Part shown: one piece after another, positions 49,221 to 63,431 of the stretch
Layout: every line of letters begins with the position of its first letter
How positions within the stretch are numbered: position 1 is the first letter of the stretch
Assembly: GCA_951406725.2 (NCBI GenBank)
Contig: OX597814.1
Location: forward strand, 173,476,001 to 173,540,000
Length of the DNA: 64,000 nucleotides
Source: Octopus vulgaris
Lineage: Eukaryota
Direction of reading: 5' to 3'
Translations under genes and position numbers: made by a program
The notes under the pieces: generated by a model
Told to the model about the DNA's origin: nothing
Databases searched by the model: none
Seen by the model: only the letters and a program-made list of their open reading frames with translations

Positions 49221-50863
49221 ATATTATACCTAACAAGAATGCGGCGAGCTGGCAGAGTCGTGAGTGTGCCGGACAAAATGCTTAACGGCACTTCGTCCGG
49301 TTTTACGCTCTGGGATCAAATTCCGCCAAGGTCTACTTTGCCTGTCATCCTTTCGGAGTCTATAAAAAAATGTCTCAGTTAAGCACTGGGGGGTCAATGT
49401 AATAGACTTAACCCTCCGCACACACATACACACGATATTGCAGGTCTTGTGCCAAAATTAGAAGCCAATAAACGCGATAGATAACGAAAATATATTTCAC
49501 CGATATTTTCTAAGCATCTTAGAAAAAATAAACTTTGTAATCATTTATTTTAAATGAAAACAAATGAAAAGACCAGTAGAGATCGAGAGACAGAAACAAA
49601 CAAGCCTATACCGCAATAAATATGAATTTGTTTTGTAAATGATAGCAGTAAATATTGAATATTTTGTAATTAAAACATGAACTTGATTCAATAATAATAA
49701 TAAAATGAAAAGCCTTTTTTAATTAAAATAAATTTTCAATTGTTTTAATTTTTTAAGAATTTTGTAAACAACGGAAATTTTAATAATTGCTTACTTTTAA
49801 TAAATGCAACAATTTTTAGCAAAAGTTACATAATTAACAAGCATCTCTCTCCATTACAGTATAGTTATCTTGAAAATATTCTCAAACGTTTTAAAAGCAA
49901 CAAACTTAATTTTTACTAAAATACTCACCATGTTTATAGCAATAGTCTGTTGATATACGTATAACTATGTCATGTCACCATTATTTTGTATTCATAGTTT
50001 TAATTGCCATTCAGTTACACTAAAGCGACGAAAATATTTTGGCAAATTAAATTTAAATGTTGAAGTAAATCTAACGGTTTTTGTGTGTTTCTTAAATGGC
50101 TTATAAACAACACCTTCCACGTTGCAATTGTTTTCGTTCCAGCACACGATCTCAGATCAGGTCACTTGCTATGCAAGTACATCTCTACAATAAATTCCTT
50201 TCCGTGAATGTGTCGATTGAAATCCCCGGGTTACTTCAACTGAAATTGATGGTTAAAATTTCATACGGTTACAGTAACGCTACTGTACACCTTGTGACTA
50301 TGTAATGGTATCAAGCAGCATCTTAAGAACTGACTTGATACTAGTCTTTAGATGTTTGGTTGTACCCGTGGCGCACACTTTTTTTTGGTTTCTAATCACT
50401 GCGTGTGATTGAAAGAGAGTGAAAATTTCTGAAACAAAACCTCCACTGATATTATGACGTCATAATCACAATATGAAAAACTTAAAACTTCTTTGTACTA
50501 CGTGGAAAATGCTTAAATTCAATCTTCTCCCCTTCTCTCTCTCTTTCTTTCTTTCTCTCTTTTTCCTTTTCTTCCTCTCACTCTCTCTCCCTTTCTCTCA
50601 CACATATTCACACACCACATACACATACTGACATACAGGTACCCCACACGCTCAAGCACACAAACCCACTTACGCATATACATACATACATACACACACG
50701 CATATATACATATGTATGTATGCATGCATGCATACATACATACATGTATGTATGTATGTATGTATGTATGTATGTATACTCTTTACTCTCTTTTACTCTT
50801 TTACTTGTTTCAATCATAGATAGATAGACAGAAAGACAGATAGATAGATAGATAGATAGATAT

Positions 50864-50917
<54 letters not shown>

Positions 50918-50926
50918 GGATAGATG

Positions 50927-51006
<80 letters not shown>

Positions 51007-51728
51007 TAAATTAGAAATGGAAACCAAAACAATAAATTGAATAATTAAATAATTTAATCATTAAATGATAAATTCAATTCAATTTTATTATTCTATACAA
51101 ACAAATGACACATATATATCATAATACACGCAGGTACACACACACACACACAGCGCGTTCCTTTCAGTTCCATCAACCAAATCCTCTCACAAGGCCTTGG
51201 TCGGCACGGGGCTGTAGTAGAAGACATTTTGCCAAAGGTGCCACGCAGCGAGACTGAGCCCGAAATCATGTGTTTGGGAATCAAGCTTCTTATCAAACAG
51301 CCCACACAGCCATGCTTGTTCGTATTTTGATTTTTTTTTTTCAACCAACTCTACCAGTCTTCAAATAAATAAAAACATAAATAAATAAACATCATGTAAT
51401 GAAGGAAAAGAAACAGATCAATCTAAATTCTCGTCGCACAGCTAGTAGTAGGTCTGGCAATTGATTTTGATTGTGTATAATGTTTTATTTAACCTCTGTG
51501 TAAACGTTATCTCCATTGATGAGTTGTAATTATGTTTCCTAACACCTATGGTGTCGTCTCAAATGTTGTTAGCTCCCATTCATTCATGTGTGAGTTGCAA
51601 CATTTCTTAAGATATACACACACATACAAACACACACATACGAACGTACACATGCAAAATGCACACCACTCTGCGAATAACACTTCGTACATATGTGTGT
51701 GTGTATATATATATATATGTATATATAT

Positions 51729-51801
<73 letters not shown>

Positions 51802-51935
51802 TATATATATGCGTTCATGTATGTATATACGATGTATGTGTATATTTACGTACGTATTCACGTATGTATACATACACGCGCGTATATGTATATGTACGTA
51901 TATATTATATGTATGCATCCATGTATGTATGTATG

Positions 51936-51966
<31 letters not shown>

Positions 51967-52447
51967 GCATGCATATATGTGTATATCTAAGTATGTATGC
52001 ATGTATATATGCATATGTATGTACATATGTATCTTTGTGCATATATGTATATTTGATGTTTGTCTATGTATTTATATATGCATTCATGTATTATGCATGT
52101 ATATGTATGCACGTACATATGTATGTATATATGATGTATGTGTGCTATGTATGTACGTATAGATGTACGTACGGATGGCTGTACGGATGTAAGCGCAGTA
52201 TGGCTGAATGGTTCAGACGCTTGCTTCGCAACAACATGATCCCGGTTTCGATCCCACTGCGCAACATTTTGACTAAATGCCATATTCTATAGCCTAAGAT
52301 TGATCGATACCTTGTGAATGAAACTGCGTCGAGACAAACTGCATAAAAGAAGCACATCGGCTGGATTATACCAGTAATTCAATAGGGACTGCCTTGTTAC
52401 ACATTTTGTCACACTGATTCTTCCAAAGAATTTCGGTAAGAAGGAGG

Positions 52448-52530
52448 AATTTCAACCGTGTTTCGTGGTCTGCTACCACAACAGCTCCTTTATAGGATCC
52501 AGTTAGTTCAAGACATCATCAGAAGGAACT
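52448..52530 (-). ncRNA. Degenerate hammerhead-like motif with extended stem II
   Basis: CCUU-CUGAUGA-UGUCU...AGACCAC-GAAA-CACGGUU. Cores are present but stem I is weak. Confidence 0.3.
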
Positions 52531-53073
52531 ACGTCCGATTTCAGCCCCTACTCTTCTACCGTTTTGACGTGGCGGGGCCCCACTTTCGGAGGTGTCTTTA
52601 GCTCTGGTGTTGGGTGCATGTCTTCTTTCTTTTACTTTCTTCTGTTCCCTTCGATGTCTGTGGAATTCTCAGCCACTTATTCGTTGGTTCAGAAACAAGC
52701 AATTCAGATGGTCGAATAACTAAATCCTCGTCGTCAAGAGACGGAGATTGAGCACTCCATATATATTGTTCTTCACCAGTTTCTATCATTGAATTACGAC
52801 CATGCTAGCGAACAGCTTTACAAGATTTTTAGTTGAAAATATAGGCCGACAGTATCATTTCGGTTTGATAGTTATTTTACTGATCTTTATGTATCGAACC
52901 GCTAAGTCACGTGACATCAAAAACCACTCGGATTTTATTTTGTTCGATGCAAGCGCATACTCAAGCGACACATAATACTCAAGTGACACATTATACTCAA
53001 GCAGGAGTATGTATTTGTGTAATTTTATGTATGTGCGCGTGTATGAACACATAAATATGTTCGTATATATATA

Positions 53074-53134
<61 letters not shown>

Positions 53135-53227
53135 TCACACACATATATGGATGTGTGTATGCATGTAACCGCACACAAATATATAGATAAATACACGTCT
53201 GAGTATATGTATGTGAACGCGTGCGTG

Positions 53228-53285
<58 letters not shown>

Positions 53286-53286
53286 A

Positions 53287-53324
<38 letters not shown>

Positions 53325-53456
53325 GTTAGCTGTGAGTCTTTATCCGTATGTAATCAAAATGGAGGAATAACAGGGCTGTTCGGGATTCATTAGAGGTTTT
53401 TAAGCAAATATCTATCTTGTCATTAGAATTGGAAATGTTTATCTTCAGACACATAA

Positions 53457-53502
<46 letters not shown>

Positions 53503-53844
53503 TTATAAATACACACACACACATACACTTATAAATACACACACACACAAATATATATATACACATAAAAACACACACACATATATATACACACGCAATT
53601 CGTCACCGTTCAACGTTCAGTATTCACCATTCCGCGTTGTAATTAATGTTACTGTGTCACCTTCAGCAGCAGTATCTTTCTGAGACAATAGTAATTAGTT
53701 CTTTTAATTGGTTCCAGCTTGATAAACTGAAGGATCTAAAGATAATTATCTTATTCGGCTATAAGACTAAAAATTGCTGCCATGGTAATATTTCCCTACC
53801 ACTTATACTACTACTACTGCTACTACTACTACTACTACTACTAC

Positions 53845-53876
<32 letters not shown>

Positions 53877-53880
53877 CTAG

Positions 53881-53942
<62 letters not shown>

Positions 53943-54320
53943 GTGCTGCTACTAATACTATACTAATACTATACAGCTACTGCCAGTACTACAACAACCA
54001 CTTCTACTTTTACCACAACCACTACTACAGCTACAACTACTACTTCTTCTTCTACTACTACTACTACTACTACTACTACAACTTCTTCTACTACTACTAC
54101 TACTACAACAACTTCTGCTACTACTACTACTACTACTACTACTATTTCTGGTAGTATTGCTACTATTACTACTGCAACTATTACACAAATATTGATAGTT
54201 TCTATACAACCACCTCCATCACCGCCACACCAGTACTACTACTACTATTTTTACCCCCAACTACTATTACTACAACCACTACTGCTTGTATTACTCACCA
54301 CTACTACTACTACACTACTA

Positions 54321-54617
54321 TTGGGTTGTCCGGAAAGTTCGTGCCGATTTTTAAAGGAAAGAAAAAGGTCAATAAATACTTGCCATTATACTTTTAATCA
54401 ACCAAATATGAACCATTTTGCTGCACAATGCGTCTCCATCTTTCCATTAACTTGAAAATACCCTCTTCCCAGAATTGTGGTGGTTTCATGGCAAAGAACT
54501 CATCAAAGTATCTTTTTACATCATCCAAGGAATTGAAATTTTTACCATTAAGACTATTCTGCAGAGACCTGAATAAGTGGGAATCCGAAGGAGCAATATC
54601 TGCTGAATATGGATGGT
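54321..54617 (-). mobile_element. Mariner 3' end (transposase C-terminus plus TIR)
   Basis: HPYSADIAPSDSHLFRSLQNSL...WRRIVQQNGSYLVD*. TA|TTGGGTTGTCCGGAAAGTTCGTGCCGATTT terminus. Confidence 0.88.
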
Positions 54618-54627
54618 GTGTGTGTGT

Positions 54628-54669
<42 letters not shown>

Positions 54670-54792
54670 GTATGTATATACACACATACATATATATATA
54701 TGTGTATAAATGAATGTATGTGTATATGTGTATGCACGCGCGTGTGTATACATACATAAATACATACATACATACATACATACATACATACA

Positions 54793-54823
<31 letters not shown>

Positions 54824-54907
54824 GCTGAGATTCTGTCATTAATGAGAAGCAAGATATATCAGCGAGAGAATGGAATATTCGAGGGGAAACGAGAAAAATG
54901 TTTACAT

Positions 54908-55085
54908 GGGCGCAGGAGTGGCTGTGTGGTAAGTAGCTTGCTAACCAACCACATGGTTTCGGGTTTAGTCCCACCGCGTGGCACCTTGAGCAAGTGTCTT
55001 CTACTATAGCCTCGGGCTGACCAAAGCCTTGTGAGTGGATTTGATAGACGGAAACTGAAAGAAGCCTGTCGTATATATGTATACC

Positions 55086-55131
<46 letters not shown>

Positions 55132-55336
55132 TGTGTTTGTCCCCCCCAACATCGCTTGACAGCCGATGCTGGTGTGTTTACGTCCCCGTAACTTAGCGGT
55201 TCGGCAAAAGAGACCGATAGAATAAGTACTAGGCTTACAAAGAATAAGTCCTTGGCGTCGATTTGCAAGACTAAAGGCGGTGCTCCAGCATGGCCGCAGT
55301 CAAAAGACTGAAGCAAGTAAAAGAGTGAAAGAGTAA
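54908..55336 (+). mobile_element. Complete CORE-type SINE with internal (AT)n(GT)n
   Basis: A/B boxes, ACCTTGAGCAAGTG core, internal microsatellite, (GTAAAAGA)n tail. Confidence 0.92.
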
Positions 55337-55961
55337 TAGTAAAGATTCCTTCACTCTATAGTATATTCTGTCGTTATTATTACGAGTGAGGGTGGGGAAT
55401 TGGCAGAATTGAAATTGAATCAGACAAAATGCCTTACGGTATTTCTTCCAATTGTTTGGGATCTGAGTTCCAATCCAGGTGATGTAAACTTTACCTTTCA
55501 TCCCTGCAGGTCTATAAAATGAAGAAATCGATTTAACCGACGACTAACCGACTCCTCTGAAATTTCAGCTTTTTTTGCCTATGGGAAAAGCAATTATAAC
55601 TCTAACGTTTGTGTATCTTTATTACATTGACTGCCGGGTAAGAAAAGATAAATAAGTAGCAATGCAAGCTCGTTGACTTTGTTTCAGAGATACACTTTAT
55701 CTACGATCTTTTGTCAGGTGCTAAATGAGCAGGTGTGCTGGTTGCAAAAGAATTTTGTTCAGACCATTACCTTCAAGTGTTATAGTCTTCGAAATGATTT
55801 TATAAAGGAGGGTGGTGCATGCCATAAGTAACTTCGCAAACGGCTTCGTAATTGTTTTCTATGGCATCAAAAGCGGTAACTTAATATATGGTGTATGTAT
55901 ATAAATGAATACACACACACACATATATATATATATGTACGTATGTATGTATCCATGGATG

Positions 55962-56054
<93 letters not shown>

Positions 56055-56068
56055 TATATATATATATG

Positions 56069-56124
<56 letters not shown>

Positions 56125-56212
56125 TATAAGATAAAACTTACTTGGAAATGGATGTGTGGCGTTCGATCATATAGTAATAGAAATAATATATATGCATATA
56201 TACATACATGTA

Positions 56213-56222
56213 TGTACATACC

Positions 56223-56256
<34 letters not shown>

Positions 56257-56302
56257 TATATGGGTACAGGACATCAACAAACGTAAACCCTTCACTGTTC
56301 TC

Positions 56303-56345
<43 letters not shown>

Positions 56346-56892
56346 CTATCTCTATCTCTCTATCTATCTCTCTCACTCACTATTCTTCCTTGACCCTCTT
56401 GTTGCACACAGGTGACCAACGGCTCTCTTTCTTTCTTTCTTCCACTTCTTCCTAAAGACAAGACGTGCTTTTGCCTGTCCCTTCTCAAAGCTGATTTTTC
56501 CAGCGTTCACCACTTCACCTTGTCTTGGCTTAACAGCCTTCTCTGTTTGTTTTTAATGCTTTGTTCTTACTGCCCTGTTTTTGTTACGACTTTAACCCTC
56601 CGCAAAAAATCCCAAGTTTTCTTTAATTTACTTTGCAGGAAGGATTGTTTTAACGAAGTCGCGTCTTGTCCGTACCTTCGAAACGCAGAGTAGATAAAAC
56701 TGGGGATAACTGATGAAGGGAACGTTCTTTATGTTGCCTGTCTCGTTTCTCTACTTGTTTCTTTCGTTGTTCGTAAAAAGTTAGTTTTCTATGCTTTTGT
56801 TTTTATGTTCTCGTTTCTCATTTTGTTCACGTTTTTTTATGTCCTGTACCCATATATGCATGTATATATACATATAGATGTAGGCATGTACA
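56213..56892 (+). mobile_element. (AT)n-flanked element with ~70-bp inverted ends and hammerhead-like boxes (probable Penelope pLTR fragment, third family)
   Basis: ATGCATATATGGGTACAGGACAT (about 56250-56273) is inverted at about 56839-56862. CCTTCGAAAC at 56675-56684 and CTGATGAAGG at 56710-56719. Confidence 0.6.
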
Positions 56893-56939
56893 TATATGTA
56901 GGTATATATGTACATATTCATATACATTATTTATATGTA

Positions 56940-57035
<96 letters not shown>

Positions 57036-57088
57036 ACTGGTATTTGAGTACTTTTTTTCCACCTTGTTTCACATTTATGTGTTTACTC

Positions 57089-57135
<47 letters not shown>

Positions 57136-57879
57136 CTCAGGAGTGGCTGTGTGGTAAGCAGCTTGCTTACCTACCACAGCGTTCCGGGTTCAGTTCCACT
57201 GCGTCGCACCTTGGGCAAGTGTCTTCTACTATAGCCTACTAGGACGTGCACAAGCGATATATTAATTTGACACACGGTGACGTACTCCGAATGAATAAAA
57301 AAGTGACGTAATCCAATGGTAGAGAGAAATCTATGAATCAGGTACTCCAAAACAGTATAATTCCTGCCACTGGTCACTCCAAGTTGTTTCTCAAACCTAA
57401 TCAAGCATAATTATCTAAGACCATTAAAAGTTGTTTAATCTTTTCGTGTTTGTTCAAGTCTTATACCTCACCGGAATCTAAATCAGAAATAGTAATTTAC
57501 AGCTGCCTTCGAGGGAAAAAATGGTCTTTTCCTTAATTGAACGTTAAGCACCAGGAATTGCTGATCGCGTTGGAGTTATCTCCCCCTACCATTCAAAGTT
57601 GATTCGATCTGCTGCAAGGTGCTTGTGTATGTATATATTCTTTTATTCTTTTACTTGTTTCAGTCATTTGACTGCGACAATGCAGTGGCACCGCCTTAAA
57701 GGGATTTTTAGTGAAGAAATCGTCCCCTAGTACTTATCCTATCGGTCTTTTTTGCGCCGAACCGAGAACGTAACCACACCAACATCGGTTGTTCAATGAT
57801 GGTAGGGAGACAAACATAGACACAAAGACCCACACATAAATATATACACATATTCATGTGTGAGCTTATAGACACACCT

Positions 57880-58298
57880 TACCTATTTCTTTACTACCCA
57901 CAAGGGGCTAAACACAGAGAGGACAAACAAGGACAGACAAACGGATTAAGTCGATTATATCGACCCCAGTGCGTAACTGGTACTTATTTAATCGACCCCG
58001 AAAGGATGAAAGGCAAAGTCAACCTCGGCGGAATTTAAACTCAGAACGTAGCAGCAGACGAAATACCTATTTCTTTATTACCCACAAGGGGCTAAACACA
58101 GAGGAGACAAACAAGGACAGACATAGGTATTAAGTCGATTACATCGACCCCAGTGCGTAACTGGTACTTAATTTATCGACTGCGAAAGGATGGAAGGCAA
58201 AGTCGACCTCGGCGGAATTTGAACTCACAACGTAACGCAGACGAAATACCGCTAAGAATTTCGCCCGGCGTGCTAACGTTTCTGCCAGCTCGCTGCCT
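57880..58298 (-). mobile_element. Tail-A SINE dimer
   Basis: Two units with the GAAATA|GGTATTTCG junction. Confidence 0.9.
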
Positions 58299-58394
58299 TC
58301 ATATAGACACATCTTACCATCCAACAACACGCCACTCGGGCACACCACATACACATATACACATATACATTTATATTTGTGTGTAAATAGATGC

Positions 58395-58850
58395 TGCCCT
58401 GGGTAAAGAGGGTAGATGCTGGAAGACTATGTGCCATATTACACAAGCAGGAGAAACCAGTCATAGCTGTCAGACAATTTCTGAAACCACATCACCCCTA
58501 ACATCTGGTCAACTAATTCTCCTGACTGCAACTTCCATGATTATTATATGTGGGGAGCAGTTGAGCGAGAAACTAACGAAACTCATTGTAACATCAAAGA
58601 TGAACTGAAGGCAAGGATTATGGCAGCATTCACCAACTTAAACAAAGCGACCGTTCAAAAGAGTTGCGGGAGTTTCCGAAGTCGTCTGGAGGCTGTGGTT
58701 GAAGCCAATTGTGATTATACTGGATAAATTTACTCTTTAGTATTTCAATATATTTTTATGTAATTTTGGTAAATATCTCTGTTAAAATGAGATGTTGGTG
58801 TTATTTTCATTTTTGCGTAATTTAGACGACAGTTTATTCACCGCACCCTG
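58395..58850 (+). mobile_element. Tc1/mariner superfamily (maT/DD37D-like) 3' fragment
   Basis: IWSTNSPDCNFHDYYMWGAVE...FRSRLEAVVEAN. Ends CACCGCACCCTG|TA (CAGGGTG-type TIR). Confidence 0.8.
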
Positions 58851-59243
58851 TATGTGTATATATATATATTCACAGCCTTGATGCAATGGTGAACTCCTTT
58901 ATTATCTGTTGATTACCGACACTTGCATTATAATTAGACGGAATTTGTCGTCAGGTGTCGATTAGTTTAATGGTTAGAGCAGTCAGCCGGAATTGGAGTG
59001 ACGTATGTTTCAGTCCCCTGTGGAGGCTTGCTGACCACTTTTTTCCGCCTTCTAAAGAGTATTTACCCGATTCTTTCAGTTGTCCTTACAATCTTCCTGC
59101 ATTCGCGACCTCCTACATTTTCTGTATAAATATATATATACAACGGAGTGGCATCATTCGAAAACTAAAGCAATGCGAGGCGCATTATGACAAGAAATGT
59201 ATTACAACATCTAGTAGCACACATACATACATATATGTGTGTG

Positions 59244-59304
<61 letters not shown>

Positions 59305-59639
59305 TATGGCATACACCTGATAGCTTGCCAGTAAGGCGCGTTCACTGGTTCAGTGTTCGTTACTTGACGATTACTTTATTTTATAGACCCCAAAAGAGTG
59401 AAATAGAAAATTGATCTTGGTGGTATTAAAACTCTGAAGGTAAAGCAACGAGATTAATACTGCAACCTCCAATAAACTCTAGCACTTTCCTCTCCACCCC
59501 CAATTTACTCACCGAATGGAACTTGAAAAATTGTGCATGAGGACTTAGTCGAAGAGGAAAGTGCTCGTCCTAATCTTTTCAGTTGCGACCATCATCAACA
59601 ACTACTTCTGTCTTAACTAGAGGGAAAATACCTGCCCTT

Positions 59640-61023
59640 TCTGATCAGAAACAAATGAACCAAAAATTATAAACCATAACCTGCTTAAAAACGATGTAAA
59701 AAATGCTAACATCTGTCTTGACTGAATATACCTATAGTTTTTTAATAGAAAGTGGCATGTTCCCTAATGAGCAAAAAGGGTGTAAACGAGGGTCCTATGG
59801 TTGTAAAGGTCAGCTACTCATCAGTAAGATGATCTTGGAAGATTGTCACAAACGACACAAGCCTGGATAGACTATAAAAATGCTTTTGATACTCTACCAT
59901 ATGTCTGGATTAAGAAATGTTTGGAAATGTATAAAATAGCACCTACTCTGCGAAACTTCTTGTCTGTAATTACGAGATCATGGAGAACCATACTGACTTT
60001 GAACAGTGACAATTAATCTCTTAATGCTGTAGATATAAGAATTTCATATGGCATTTTCCAGGGTGACTCTCTATCACTACTGCTTTTATGTCTAGCCTTA
60101 ATACCTCTCTCGAATTTTTACTCAATGATGTACAATACGGTTATAAAATGTTTGATGAAAATATAAATCATCTCATTTACGGATGATTTAAAGCTCTTTG
60201 CAAAAAATGACCAACAACTACAGGGCTTACTAGCGATTGTTAAACAATTCAGTGATGACATCAGGATGCTATTTGGCCTCGATAAATGTGAAAAGCTACC
60301 TTTATCAAAGGAAAAAATGACAGAAACATCCAATGGTAATCTTGATCAGCAGAATGTCATAAAGGAATTAGAACCAGCGGAGGTCTACAAATACCTAGGT
60401 GTATTTGAAGGGGACGGAATCAAACATTCAGTGATGAGGGAAAGGATCAGATGAGAATTTTATCGTAGTGTAAGGACAATACTCAAGACAGAGTTGAATG
60501 CAAGAAACAGGATCGTAGTGATCAATAATTATAGTCATACCACTCGTGACTTACAGTTTCAATATCATTAACTGGTCAATTACTGAAATATGTAATTTTG
60601 ACAGAAAAGTACGAAAATTGTTGACAACGTATAGAACGCACCACCCTAAGGCAGATATAGAACGACTTTATCTGTCAAGAAAAGAGGAAGGCCGTAGACT
60701 TTTATAACTGGAATTAACAATGAAGATTGCCACAATCGGCCTACACACTTACCTGAAAAACTCTGATGACTGGGTGTTTAAACTTGTCTCAAAGCATGAA
60801 AACAAGAAAGCATCATACCCAGTAACAAAACAGACAAAGGAATATCTAAGTGAATTCCAAATACAAAACAATTCCAGAATTAGATGTACTAGAAACAAGC
60901 ACAGAAAAAGCTAAGCGTATAAAAACCCGTACTAAAACTGCTGCCTTAGATCTTCTTAATGATAAATGGCAAGAAAAAAACTCTCAATGACAAATACTCA
61001 AAAAGAACTAATAGTGCCGATGT
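59640..61023 (+). mobile_element. R4/Dong-like LINE RT fragment
   Basis: PNEQKGCKRGSYGCK, WIDYKNAFD, GIFQGDSLS, DDLKLFAKN, FGLDKC, YKYLGV. Many lesions. Confidence 0.85.
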
Positions 61024-61024
61024 T

Positions 61025-61605
61025 AATATTCACCCAGGACTGCAGCTCTGTCAAGGAAACGAGCTGCGGAAAGATGAGCCTCACAAACGGAGCCCACGCA
61101 CGCTCACCGTCCAGAAATCGTTGCAGGGGCATAACCTAAGAGCGTGTCTGCGCATCAAATACCACAGCATACCTAATCTGCCACCCTGAGTATGCTTGGC
61201 AACAGACTGAAACGCATCCCTTTCGCAAGAATTTAAATAAGAAACGCTTCAGCCTGGTCAATCAGTAACCGGGACAAGGCACGACGGTCAGGCGATAAAT
61301 GATAGCGGAGGTGATGTAGGTATTCACCACCTCTACTCGACCTTTCAGGGACAGCTTCGTCTCAGCCCTTTTCTGGGTAAAACTGCCACCTCGCCCCAGT
61401 TCTTATCTACCTGGAAGTCGGGACCAAACCAGACAGCGAGCGGTTTAACTGGTCCGTGGGTCCAGCGTCCGACCCCGCCATCCGATGGCATCGACCTGCC
61501 TCTCCAGGAGCCCAACCGCAACCCACCGATTTGTCGTCGTTGATTATAGCCCCTGTAACCGACTCATATTCCTTTAGCATGGTGCCGACTGTCTCCACTT
61601 CGGAG
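61025..61605 (-). mobile_element. L1/Tx1-like ORF2 fragment (post-RT region)
   Basis: LKEYESVTGAIINDDKSVG and KLSLKGRVEVVNTYITSAIIYRLTVVPCP. Confidence 0.75.
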
Positions 61606-61614
61606 AATAATAAT

Positions 61615-61830
61615 AATCCTTTCTACTAAAGGCACAAGGCCTGAGATCTGGCAAAATAGGAGTAGTCGATTACACTAACTCCCATGTTTCACTGGTATTT
61701 AGTTTATCGACCTCGAAAGGATGAAAGGCAAAGTCGACCAAGGCAGAATTTGAACTCAGAACGTAAAGACGGACCAAATGCTACTAAGTATTTGGCCCGA
61801 CGTACTAATGATTCTGCCAGCTCGCCACCT
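61615..61830 (-). mobile_element. Tail-B SINE monomer
   Basis: Head, B-box and central domain recognisable. Confidence 0.8.
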
Positions 61831-61840
61831 CCAGTATATA

Positions 61841-62007
<167 letters not shown>

Positions 62008-63099
62008 AATGATTATGATGATAATAATAGTAATAATAATAATAATAATAATCAAAGTTTACCCCCGAAATCTCATTAGTTCATTGAAGATAATGTCAAT
62101 GTGAAGATATTTGGTGGAAGGAAGGAAGGAAGGAAGGAAGGCAGAGAGGGAGGGTGGAAAGAAGAAAAGAAGGACTGGGTTGTTTATGAGTGACATTAAG
62201 CATGGAATTCTTGAGCAAAGATGAAGACAATGATGTCAAGTTGTTTCGCAGCTTTCAGCTGCGCATGAGGTAGATAACATTCCTTAGTTAGTGGTGAAAG
62301 GGTGGTGGCGAAAGATGAAGAAGTGAGCTTATGATGAAGATGAAGATGAAGAGGTAGGGGACTGACGAAAATGATGGTGGTGCAGGTAGTGGTGGTGGTG
62401 GTGATGGTGGTAATAGTGGTGGTGGTCGTCGTTGTGGTGATAGGTTTTGGTTATGATGAAGGTGTTGGTGTTGGTGGTGGTGGTGGTGGTGGTGATAGGT
62501 TATGGTTATGATGAAGGTGCTGGTGTTGGTGTTGATGGTTGTGTTGATGGTGTTGGGTTGGAGGGGGGGCTGGCGTAGGAAGATGGTGAAGGTTGTGGTG
62601 GTCGCTAGCGTAGGATAATGTGGTGGTGGTGGTGGTCGTCGTCGTCGTCGTCGTCGTTGTCGTCGTCGTCATGGTGGTGGCAATGGTGGTGGTTCGTATA
62701 CAATTAAGACAGTTGTGGTTGTAGTTATAGTAGTAATGGTTAGAGTACAATGACAATAGTAGTAGTGTTGGTGGTGAGGATGGTAATGTTTTTGTTCTTG
62801 TTGTCGGTGGTGGTGGTGTTTAACCCCCCCCCAAGCCAAGGTCATTCCAACCGTGGCTATCCTATCTGTATCCCTTATGCAGGGAAGCCACGGCCAGATT
62901 GTCTGACGCGTCTTTGTATTTTTTTTTTTAGATTGCATGATGTAATTTGAAGAGGGTTTGGTTACTATTTCTAGCATGTCGAACGACAGCGATGAATTCT
63001 CTTTGTTGGCTTGAAGCAATTTTATTGTTGTTACTGTTATTTGGGTAGGAGCGGTTGTAGTGGTGATGGTGGTGGTGGTGGTGGTGGTGGTGGTGCTGC

Positions 63100-63133
<34 letters not shown>

Positions 63134-63261
63134 GCTGGTATTTTGAAGTAGGTAGGATACGTTAATAGGACGGTTGAGATGCTGCTGGTTATTATTTCAA
63201 TGTTTGGTGATTGCGATGGTAACGATGATCATGATGATGATGATGATGATGATGATGGTGG

Positions 63262-63305
<44 letters not shown>

Positions 63306-63312
63306 GTGATGG

Positions 63313-63356
<44 letters not shown>

Positions 63357-63399
63357 GTGATGGTGATGATGATGATGATGATGATGGTGATGGTGATGG

Positions 63400-63431
<32 letters not shown>

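Noticed and set aside
54394-54852. SETMAR-like domesticated gene
   Set aside because: Only the mariner C-terminus with its TIR, fused to (CA)n. No SET domain.
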